The notes under the pieces: model-generated
The model's database searches: none
Told to the model about the DNA's origin: nothing
The model's input: only the letters and a program-made list of their open reading frames with translations
In this document: in pieces, positions 52,620 to 64,000 of the stretch
Layout: each line of letters begins with the position of its first letter
Position numbering within the stretch: position 1 is the stretch's first letter
Translations under genes and position numbers: made by a program
DNA from: Octopus vulgaris
Taxonomy: Eukaryota
DNA: 64,000 nucleotides
Assembly (NCBI GenBank): GCA_951406725.2
Contig: OX597820.1
Span: forward strand, 60,512,001-60,576,000
Reading direction: 5' to 3'

Positions 52620-54985
52620 AATTTACTGCTAAAGCAGTAGGTAAACTGCAGAATGTGAAGACACCTGAAAGGGACCCAATAGTTGGATATTGGTACAAGA
52701 AGCTGACATTTTATAGAAACCAATTTATATGTATGTTCAAAAGGACTATGGAAGGTCAGACTGATATACCACATTGGTATGCTACAGCAAGAACAAATCC
52801 TTTAGCTAAAAATGAAATCGCCGAGATGGCAGGAAACAACAGGCCCATTGCTTGCCTAAACATTATGTACAAACTGTACACAAGTTGCCTCAACTAATTC
52901 CTCCAAGACCATTGTGAATCGAACAAAATTGTGACAGATGAACAGGCTGGTAGAAAGAAGGGAGCGTGAGGATGTGCCGAACAACTGTTATTAAACAAAA
53001 CTGTACTTGCTGAAGTAAGAAAACAACGTAGAGACCTTGTGACAGCATGGCTTGACTATAAGAAGGCATTGGACTCCATCCCTCATTCATGGCTGTTGAA
53101 GTACCTACATCTGGCAAAGGTACCTACTACCTTAGTAGCTGCTATAGAGAATTCACAAAGACATGGACAACTATTCTTACCCTCACAACTGAGAACAGAA
53201 TAATTGTTTATAATAGTATAGGCATTACAAATGGAATATTCCATGGAGATAGTCTTTCTGTACTTCTTTTCATTTTGGTACTGAATCCATTATTGTTCCT
53301 ACTGCAGAAAACAAATGGTTACATGCTAGGATCTTCAACTGCCAGAAATATCAATGTAACTCATTGAAGATTTATGCTAAAAGTGTTAACAATGCCCCCC
53401 CAAAAAAACTGGAATTAATAACAACATGTTCAGCTGATACAGGCATGGAATTTGGCCAAAAGAAATGTTCATATTTGGTTATAGAACGAGGAAGATAAGT
53501 TCCTCAAACCCTAAACTTAACTTGTGCATCAAGGGTCTCTCTATCTCCGCCATTCCTAGGCATAGACGGAAATGTATCATATGAAGGCACTGTGAATAAA
53601 GATAGAGTAACCTGAGAATATTACACCAGACTTAGGAAAATAAGGCAGTCGGAAATCTCCTCTTACAACAAAACAATATCCCAAAATGCATTTGCAGTAC
53701 CAGTGCTGATCCCAACATCTGGGATACTTGATTGGTCTGTAGAGGAAATCCACTCCATAGATATGAAAACCTGCAAATACTGACAACAACTGGGAACTTC
53801 CTAAGAAACAGTGATGTTGACAGCGTCTAAGAAGAAATGAAGGTGGTACAGGCTTGAGATCATTGCAGATAGCCTTCGGATGCCGTATGGTATCACTCAA
53901 GCAGTACCTGCTAAGCAACAGCAGCAAAAATAAATATATAAACGCAGTCCTGAAAAGTGAAGTGAGCAGCAATGTACGGTGTGGCAGTGAATTCCTCAAG
54001 AAGCACTCTCTTACTGAAGATCTCCTATACAGCCACAAAACAGCTGGGCTCTCTTACTTTAGAGAAGACCTGGATGGAAAACACTCAGCATACAGGAAAA
54101 AAAAAAGACCACGCATAGGTATGTTGCCCGGAAACTTGAAGAAGACAGTAGAATTGACACGAAGGGCAGTCTCTCTTGAACACAAGACAACAATTTGAGG
54201 GCTATGCGTTTGCAATCCCGGAACAGGACTTTGCCACAAAGTACCTGGGGAACAAGAGAGACAGTGACGCTCTTGTAATCCCAAGGTACAACCGCATGTG
54301 AAGGCTATGTCATGTTTCTGTGGACAACACTACACATGTGATTAGCGGCTGTCCTAAAATATCGTCACGGTACTACCTCCCAATGCGGCACGATGTTGTT
54401 GCTAAAACAATTTACAATGCCATCCGCAAAAATTACTGTCCTGAAATAAACCTAGAAAATCCCTCTGTTATGGAATCATTCATAAACACCAACTCAAGAA
54501 ATACTGGGGGAATTTCCCATCAAAACGTCTGTCAAATGTAAGCATAACAGGGCGGATATTGTTGCTTGGGACAGAAGAGCAAAGGTATGTACCATCATAG
54601 AGGTCAGCTGCCCTGCAGATATAAATATCTCTTTGAGAATCAAAGAAAACGAGGATATCTATAGACAACTGCTTCGAAACCTCCAGCTTCTATATCCAGA
54701 CTATGAATTCATATTCATACCAATAATAATTGGAGTACTAGGTTTTGTTAGCAAATGATTAATGGAGAATCTGGATAAACTGAGATTTTTAGAAAGAGAA
54801 ACTGACTGGCTAATTCATACATTAGAAGTCCAATCTGTGAGTGGAACAGTAAAAATATGCAAGATTTTTCTCAAGTTTCAAATGTGAATACGTCTGTGTT
54901 AACTATGTCCCAAAGATGGAGTTTTGTATCTTCGTTGGAAACCGGCTGCTTCCTCAATGGTATACCCTCAAATTTACTCTGCTTT
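52620..54985 (+). mobile_element. Degenerate R4/Dong-clade non-LTR retrotransposon (RT, Zn knuckle, restriction-like endonuclease)
   Basis: RPIACLNIMYKLYTSCL, DYRKA.DSIPHSW, GIFHGDSLS.LLF.L.LNPL, HVISGCP...RHDVVAK, KHNRADIVAWD...IEVSCP, FIPIIIGVLG; many frameshifts and stops. Confidence 0.85.
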
Positions 54986-56282
54986 AACGTTCTTTTCTAC
55001 TCTAGGCACAAGGCCCAAAATTTTGGGAGAGGTGTCCAGTTGATTAGATCGACCCTAGTACGCAACTGGTACTTAATTTATCCACCCCGAAAGGATGAAA
55101 AGCAAAGTCGACCTCGGCGGAATTTGAACTCAGAACATAAAGACAGGCGAAATACCGCTGAGCATTTTGCTCGGCGTGCTAACGTTTCTTATTTCTTTAT
55201 TGCCCACAAGGAGCTAAACATAGAGGGGACAAACAAGGACAGATAAACGGATTAAGTCGATTACATCGACCCCAGTGCGTAACTGGTACTTAATTTATCG
55301 ACCCCGAAAGAATAAAAGGCAAAGTCGACCTCGGCGGAATTTGAACTCAGAACGTAGCGGCAGACGAAATACCACTAAACATTTCGCCCGGCGTGCTAAC
55401 GTTTCTGCCAGCTCGCCGCCTTACTCCTCTTTAACATTGTCACAAATTGGTGCCCATCCAGAATATTCTGAAGTACCCCCAGGTATCAAAGTCTGGCGAC
55501 GGACCTGCTTTCAAGCCCTCAAAGCCTGTTCCCGCATGGTTGCAGTCCAATGACTGAAACAAGTGAACGATATAAAATAAAATACACTGGGTGGGGGGAA
55601 AGAAAAAAAGATGGCCGGTCACGGGTGGTAATCCTTTGGTTATAAATCTTAAGGTTGAAGAGAGACGAAGACAATAATAACAACAACAACAACAGCGACC
55701 GCAACAACAACCGCAACAGCAACAAGTCCTTGTTTTTTATTGACTTCATAACGATGAGAGTTAAAGCTGATTCTGTTGAGATTTGACAATCGTTCGCCGA
55801 GTTCATTCATTCAACTAAACCTGTTGAACAGTGTGACATTAACTGACATCAACCGGCAGCAGCAACAGTTGCAGTGAAGATTGGCTTGTGACAAACGAAG
55901 TGGCAATAACGACTCAAAAACGTTGAGGAAGCAACAATAGTTGAACAGAAATTAACGGTGCCTAGATGCTTTCAATAACAATGAATGAATTGCTAGCCAG
56001 TATGACGAGGGAAGTAATGGCTAACTCAGCCAATAAAGAGTGGATCAGAAATGATGATGACAACGATAATAAAATAGCTAGTGACAATGATAACGTCAAC
56101 AATGGAGACAATAATAGCAAGAACAATAGCATGAATATATGTAGTTTTATTTATTTATTTATTTGTTTATTTTGTCTTTGCTATTAATTTTTGTGATGTT
56201 GCTTATTTAAACACGTAACCGAGTAGTGGAAGTGAACAGTAAAAGTAGTAAAGATTCATGTCAGCAATAATTATACAACACT

Positions 56283-56375
56283 ACATACATACATACATAC
56301 ATACATACATACATACATACATACATACATACATACATACATACATGCATACATACATACATACATAAACACACA

Positions 56376-56423
<48 letters not shown>

Positions 56424-56487
56424 CATATGTATGTATTTATGTATGTATGCATGTATGTATGTATGTAAGTATGTATGTATGTACGCA

Positions 56488-56530
<43 letters not shown>

Positions 56531-56687
56531 GTATGTATGTATATGTGTGTATACACACACATACACATATAAATATACATGTATGTTTGTATATGCACGT
56601 ATGTATATGTATGTGTGTGTTTGTGCATATATACATACATATATATATATATATACATATATATGTATATATATATATGTATATATA

Positions 56688-56750
<63 letters not shown>

Positions 56751-56970
56751 CATGCATACATATATAAATACATACATAGCACAAATATCCTTATGTAAGA
56801 TGTATGTACATCTGTAACTAAACTTCATACATGATAATGACGACATTGATGCTGTTGATAATGATGATGATGGCGATGATGATGGCAATGATGATGGCGA
56901 TGATGATGGCAATGATGAGGATGATGATGATGGTGGTGGTGAGGATGACGACGTTGATGATGATGATGAA

Positions 56971-57053
<83 letters not shown>

Positions 57054-57170
57054 CAAAACTGAAAGTTTGCACAAAAATCGACTACGGGTAATCCAGGATA
57101 TGATAAAAACAACAGTATAAAAGGAAATGAAATGAATGATAATGATCATTGTAATAATAATAATAATAAC

Positions 57171-57205
<35 letters not shown>

Positions 57206-57215
57206 CAACAACAAC

Positions 57216-57247
<32 letters not shown>

Positions 57248-57285
57248 CAACAACAACAACAATAATAATAATAATAATGATGATG

Positions 57286-57349
<64 letters not shown>

Positions 57350-57380
57350 TAATAATAATAATAATAATAACAATAATAAT
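56283..57380. repeat. Large compound microsatellite block: (CATA)n, (CA)n, (TA)n, (GAT)n, (CTA)n, (AAT/AAC)n
   Basis: Direct inspection; explains the many low-complexity ORFs here. Confidence 0.95.
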
Positions 57381-58088
57381 CCTTTCTTTAATGATCATTC
57401 AGTTATTGCGCTATTAAAACTTAAGTTAAAATGAAATCAATCGTTATTTTTTTTTTTATTCCTTTTCAAATTTGGTTTTTTCTGTCTGAGGTAAATAGTC
57501 TATAGGTTATAGAACATAGAATTCGAATGTCAATAGTATTGGCGGATAATAAATTGCATGAATAAATACGAATAAATAAGCGAGCTTAATATTCGGTCAG
57601 ACCGACTTGATGCCTGATTAGAGACAAAGCCATGAGCTGTTATTTAAACTAAACTGTCCTGTCAAATACGTGGATCTTGGCTCACAAATTATAAACATAA
57701 ACACAGATAAATATAAACACACAGACACACATATACACACACACACAAACAAATATAAACACACAGACACACACATATACACACAAATATAAAGACACAC
57801 ACAGTGTGGGGGCTAGACTCTTTAGTGTTGTGTATGTAGCCAAATCTAGGCAGTGAATCTAAACCAGTTTATGAATGAAGCCCTGTTATGTTTGCAGGTG
57901 TGCCTATTGTTAGCATATTATAAAAGCTTCAAATATGTATTAATATGCAAACATATATAGAATCCGTGTAAACATATATATATAGGTATATGCATGCAAA
58001 CATAAATACATACAAATAAACATACATACATACATACATACATACATACATACATACATACATACATACATACATACATACATGCATA

Positions 58089-58378
58089 CATATCCGGATT
58101 ACAGATTTACGTTTATACCAATTGTAATTGGTGCACTTGGTTTTCTAAGTAAATGCTTAACTGCCAGTCTGGATAAGCTTGGATTTTCAGAAAAAGAAAT
58201 CAACCAAATGGTTCGCACATTACAAATACAATCTGTATGCGGAACAGTAAAACTGTGCAAGACTTTTCTCAAATTTAGAATGTGACTTTGTTTTCGTTAT
58301 CTACATCTCAAAGATAAAGCTATGTTAGAAGCAGTTCCTTCAACAAAAGATGAATTTAATTAAAAACAGAAAAGAACG
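58089..58378 (+). mobile_element. R4/Dong-clade 3' fragment with intact short reading frame and 3' UTR
   Basis: [23 protein letters not shown]...LQIQSVCGTVKLCKTFLKFRM*. Confidence 0.8.
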
Positions 58379-58437
58379 TACATACATACATACATGTTAT
58401 TATTAATATTATTATTATAATTATTATTATTATTATA

Positions 58438-58497
<60 letters not shown>

Positions 58498-58939
58498 CCT
58501 AGATACATACATTTACAGAAAACTGCTTCGAAACGAACCAACCAAAGAATCAAGGCTCGACGTGGTCAACAGACGTGTTAGATATGAGTCAAATCGTTAC
58601 TAAATCAAACGATAGTCAAAGATGCTCATAAAAGTCGGGATGACAAGAATTCCATTTATCATAGGTCTCCTCGACCAAAGTTGGTTTGGATTTGGTCATC
58701 ATTTCTTACTTCGTAATATACTGGAAATGAAATATAAAAATCAATTGCCGCAATACATATTCAAAACTAAAAAACTTCTAGCGCACTTCTTATAGATAGT
58801 TAAAGAAAGCTGTTTCATGTGAAAGCTTCGGAAAAAGACAAACAGTAGCTGAAAACTACTGCTTATCTTTTGTGTATAACAAAATTAAGTATAACATGCT
58901 TTCATGAGACTTCAGCATTGATATAGATGTTGTCTGTTC

Positions 58940-59270
58940 CTACTCGAGCCACGCCTGTCTCATAGGGCCGGTTTCCCAGTTCCCTTGGCGTATAGGTTCC
59001 CCACCTGGACGGGACGCCGGTCCGTCGCAGGTGAGCTGCAAGATGCAGGAGGATTAGTGAGAGAAAGTTGTGGTGAAAGAGTCAGCAGAAGTTCGCCATT
59101 ACCTTCTGCCGGAGCCGCGTCGAGCTTAGGTGTTTCGCTCATAAACACACACATCGCCCGGTCTGGGATTTGAACCCGAGACCCCTCGACTGCGAGTCCG
59201 CGTAACTGGTGCTTGTGCACCATCGCCTCAATACTCAAGATATCAGCTGTCCTCAGGACCTGTGTGTCTG
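58940..59270 (-). mobile_element. Family C-related SINE abutting a small RTE LINE fragment
   Basis: B-box-like GGGTTCAAATCCC and tail shared with family C; 59200-59270 gives [22 protein letters not shown] (RTE-type). Confidence 0.6.
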
Positions 59271-59346
59271 GAGTATTTATATACATACATATATATATAT
59301 ACATACATACACACATGTATATATATGTATATACGCATATATATAT

Positions 59347-59381
<35 letters not shown>

Positions 59382-60565
59382 TATATATATGTATGTATAT
59401 GTGTGTGTGTGTGTGTACTCTATCGTGGGCTTAAACAATAAGGGCGGACGACGACGGCAATAACAATAAAAAGAACAACTGTGTGTTTTGGGTTTGTTGA
59501 AATTGTTGTAAAAGATAGATATTGTAACCTTGACAAGAAGACAACGTCCAATATTAGGTTTGCATAAGCAAGATGGAACGGCGGAAACCATAAATTTTAA
59601 ATTTAAAAAAACGAAGGGAACTTTTTTGCCAACCCAATATATATATATATTAGGTTCTTCCTTCATGTCTCTGAAGATAACCAGGTTATCAAGCTTTACA
59701 CTTTATGGGTCCTGAGGTGGCTTGTTAGGCCAGTTTTAGCATGAAATTCACGGTTGCAATGGAAGGACGTAACAGCAGTTCTGGGTTCGTTGGGATTCTT
59801 GCTTTCTGCACCGCCCTCCTCTCTTTAGCATTTCTAGTTATATGAGTGTCAGAGTACGAACTGGTGTCTATATGATCAATTAAAGCCATTCAAGCCGGTG
59901 ACCCAGCGTGCCTACATTTTGATCATTAATACCAATATTTGATTGCTGTTAGCACAGTCTCTAACTTAATAGCTTTGTCTGATGAATGTTTTTAATTAAT
60001 ATTCTGGGGCGCCATAGTTCACTCGAATAAAGAGTTTGTTGGTTTTTAAGATGGTAAATTGTTGCTTGAGGGGAATTTGCTTGCTATTTCTAGCAAGTGC
60101 AATGGCCACAAAGTGACACCCACGTTGGCTCGTTATTTCGAATGGTTGTTTACTGAACGTGTCAAAGAGGGATAATAAGCATTGGAACAACGAACAACGA
60201 TCGATAATCGAGGATGCATTGATGAATGGATCAACACACGGAACAATGACCGATAATCTACGAATGGATCAACGAAAGGATTAACAAATGGATAATCGAA
60301 TGGATTAGCGAATATGGTTTTAAATAAATATATATCTTTTTAATGGAACACCTGATTTTAAGAATAAATATTTTTCGAGAAAATAATTTAAAATTCTAGT
60401 TGTAGGCGTAGGAGTAACTGTGGGGTAAGTAGCTTTCTTACCAACCACATGGTTCCGGGTTCAGTCCCACTGCGTGCACCTTGGGCAAGTGGCTTCTACT
60501 ATAGCCTCGGGCCGACCAAAGCCTTGTGAGTGGATTTGGTAGACGTAAACTGAAAGAAGCCCGTC

Positions 60566-60655
<90 letters not shown>

Positions 60656-60913
60656 ATGTGTGCGTGTGTGTATGTATGTGTGTGTATACGTTTGTATGTC
60701 TGTGTTTGTCCCCAGCCCAACATCGCTTGACAACCGACGCTGGTGTGTTACGTCCCGGTAAATTAGCGGTTCGGCAAAAGAAACCAATGGAATAAGTACT
60801 AGCCTTACAAAGAATAAATCCTGGGGTCGATTTGCTCAACTAAAGGCGGTGTTCCAGCATGGCCACAGTCAAATGACTGAAACACGTAAAAGAGCAAAAG
60901 AGTAAAGAGAGTA

Positions 60914-61530
60914 GTGTGAAGGAGATCAAAAGACGAAAAGTGCCGGCAAAATCTGCATTCTCAAAATTGTATAACGTCTTGAGAAACCGTACCCTGAGCA
61001 TCATGACAAAGATCCGTTTGTTGAACTGCTATGTCTTCACTGTGTTAATGTATGGAAGTGTGGCATTGTCTATGATATCTGCAATGAGAAGATGCTTGGA
61101 GAGCTGTGAAGTCTAGTTCTTAAGGAGAATATTGAGGATATCGTGGACAAATTGTCTAATGAAGTGAGGACTCGGGTTGCGGTAAATAGGAAACTACTTC
61201 GTGAAATAAGGGCCAAGCAGCTGAGATTTCTTGGTCATGTGACGAGGTAAGAGGGATTCGAGAATTTAGCGACGACTGGAAAGATTGAAGAGAAAAGAAA
61301 CATAGGAAGGTGAAGGATGATTTAGGTATCAAGGTTGACGACATAGTTGGAAGAAAGAGGCCTTAAGGATCAGGAAGTGAAACCGTTACAGAAAACAAAG
61401 AACAGGGAATTGTGGCAGGACATGATCGCCTATGTCCCACATTCTGGACATGGTACCCAAAGAAAGAAAGAAAGAAAGAAAGAGAAAGAAAGAAAGAAGG
61501 AAAGAAAAGAGAATGAAAGAAAGAAAAAGT
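60914..61530 (+). mobile_element. RTE-clade LINE 3' fragment with (AAAG)n tail
   Basis: KEIKRR...AKSAFSKL..VL.NR.LS..TKIRLLNCYVFTVLMYGS, FLRRILRISWT, LRFLGHV. Confidence 0.8.
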
Positions 61531-62745
61531 ATTATTCTAATATTCATAATTTCGTAAGGTCTTTTCCGTTCTTTTATTAAAGTGTCTGGAAAGATGAAGA
61601 GCCAAAGTTGAAATTTCTAAATTATCATTCATTTAAAGTCCATAAACATTTTGCATGTTATTCCCTCAAGCATTGTTGTTATTTCCGTTAAGCCCCAAGT
61701 CAATCACAATGGCTCTAGCTGTGACCCATGCCGTTCTTTTATAGTTTGATGAAAGTGTCGGACAAAGTGCTTAGCGGTAATTCTTCTGGTTCTTTATGGT
61801 CCTGAGTTCAAATTCCACTGTGGTCAGTTTTGCATTTCATCTTGTCCGGGTCGATAAAATAAAGCACCAGTTAAGTAATGGGATCGACGTAATAGACTTG
61901 ACCCCACCGCTCAGAAATTGCTAGTTTTAAACCCTGAAATGAATCGGCATCCTGTTCAGAGAAATGTTGTGATCTCGGTCACATATACTCTATGGAGATG
62001 GGGTAACCGGCCTTATAAGTACTTGAATTCAAGAAAATATAAATCAAAACACATCATTCACTGTGCACTTTTTAAAAGAAGATAGGATTTGATTTGAGGG
62101 AGATCTGGTTGTTGTTTCTAGTAGTTAGAGCTCCTCTCTTTTACTCTTTTACTTGTTTCAGTCATTTGACTGCGGCCATGCTGGAGCACCGCCTTTACTC
62201 GAGCTAATCGACGCCAGGACTTATTCTTTCTAAGCCTAGTACTTATTCTATCGGTTTCTTTTGCCAACCACTAGTTACGTGGCCGTAAACACACCAGCAT
62301 CGGTTGTCAAGCGATGTTGGGAGGACAAACACAGACGCACAAACATATGCACACACATAATACATACATATATACATATATACGACGGGCTTCTTTCAGT
62401 TTCCGCCTACCAAATCCACCCACAAGGCTTTGGTCAGTCCGAGGCTATAGTAGAAGACACTTGCCCAAGGTACCACGCAGGTGGGACTGAACCCGGAACC
62501 ATGTGTTTGATAAACACGCTACTTACCACACAGCCACTCCTTGAAAAATACATGTAATAGACTAATTAATTATTGTTTCAATTTCTTTACAAAATCAACA
62601 ATTTCTTGTAGGGAACATTGTAGAGTAGCAATAAGCGCCTACATAACTAACGTCATTGATTAATGTATGAATGTCCTACAGTCTCATTCTCACTCCTCTA
62701 CAAGCATTAAAACCACCTTTTTTTATAAAGAAATTCAGTATGATA

Positions 62746-63121
62746 TCTTTATATAAAAAAGTGAAGTTGTGTGTCTGTCTCCTACGATTTAGATTCCTAA
62801 CTACTCCCACATTTTGCGGTGCAGTTTAACCAAAACCGGGTATCTTATAGTCGTGATTCATATCGAGCCCTTCTGGGTATTAGCGGGCGTCTACGATGAG
62901 TCTACGATCTAAAAAAAAAATTTACCATCATCTTTTTCCATTTTAATGCATTTTTTCGCTAAGGGAAGTAACTCTCTAAAAATGTCTACGATGAGTCAAC
63001 CTTCATTTTTTTTCCCATTTTTAATGCATTTTTTTGCTATTTTTTGGCTATAACTCTCTGAAAATGCTTATGTAGTTATTTCCCTTACAAACCCGAGCAA
63101 CGCCGGGCGATACTACTATAG
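62746..63121 (+). mobile_element. Non-autonomous Helitron, fourth copy
   Basis: 5' TC, shared 5' block, 3' hairpin CCCGAGCAACGCCGGG, slightly altered CTAG end. Confidence 0.8.
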
Positions 63122-64000
63122 TTCTAACTAAATTGGCAACAAAAAACATAACGTTTCTTCATTGTTCTATAACAGAGTATATGACACTACTCTTAAAAAA
63201 AATTTAACATTTATATTCATGACAGTCATATCTAAACTTATTTAAACAGCTTCATCGAAGAACTCACCTACCCAGCATGTTGGTAAAGATACATAAGCGT
63301 ACCACGCACACCACACGTACACATACACACATGCACGCATATACAATCATTCACATAAAACATACTGGCACAAACACATACTGGCACAAACACATAAATA
63401 CACTAAGAAATAAGTGCTTAGAAACTCTCCTACGCATCGTTCTTCAAGGCTTTGAATGCATCAACTGAAACAAAAGCCTCTTTCTTTTTCTTTTACACCA
63501 GTTCAGTTTACTGACAAGCCACCAACCTCCGGCTTGTCCAAATCATTTAATTTTGACAGGCAGTTAGGTGATAGGCGGGTATTTGTCAGAGACCCGTATT
63601 TGCTGTCATTTTTTTTCCTTACTGTTCGCCATCTATAGCAGTACCAAGGTCAGCAGTATTAGAAGAAAAAACAAGAGTGATCAGAAACAACACAGGCGGT
63701 GAAAGGTCATTCAGATTTGACATGCAGATTGGTGGGATTTATCTTTATTATATTTCGAATATTCTATTTTAATTTAAATGAAATCGCTTTTGATAATTAT
63801 TTTTCTCTTCCGTCGCTTAGTGGTTTGCCTTGCTACAATTGCGCTTCTTCATCAACTTTTGGTTCCTATTTCATTTAGTTTCGATTTTTCAGTATTTGGT
63901 TTGAAATCGTGTTGAGACGGATTTTGTTGTTCCACTGGAGAGTGATTATGCCAATGAGAAACACACGTACTGATTCAATTTCACTTCTTTTATTATTATT

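Noticed and set aside
55519-55806. Minus-strand ORF with a Leu-rich signal-peptide-like stretch
   Set aside because: The hydrophobic run derives from a (CAA)n-like repeat; no other support.
56261-57434. Long low-complexity ORFs (poly-I/V/S/N, YI and CV repeats), also at 2886-3239, 13633-14232 and 19425-20455
   Set aside because: They are translations of microsatellites with no codon or splice evidence.

Overview
AT-rich, repeat-dense eukaryotic genomic DNA, very probably from an octopus (inferred from the SINE and microsatellite repertoire, not verified). The only recognisable host gene is tryptophan 2,3-dioxygenase (TDO2/vermilion-type) on the + strand. Eight coding exons (12264-40613) splice in frame with GT-AG boundaries and give the C-terminal ~280 aa; the N-terminal exons were not found and probably lie upstream of the window. 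The rest is introns and intergenic DNA filled with several tRNA-derived SINE families, decayed mariner, Helitron, hAT, Tc2/pogo-like and Merlin-like elements, and LINE fragments (R4/Dong, HERO, CR1, RTE, L1/Tx1). The most interesting signals are: (1) several Penelope-like element (PLE) families carrying minimal type I hammerhead-ribozyme motifs; (2) two R4/Dong fragments embedded in (CATA)n repeats, suggesting a microsatellite target site; (3) many intronic inverted repeats and fold-back palindromes that could form dsRNA in the TDO2 pre-mRNA. Most ORFs in the supplied track are microsatellite or SINE artefacts. All identities quoted are by-eye estimates.
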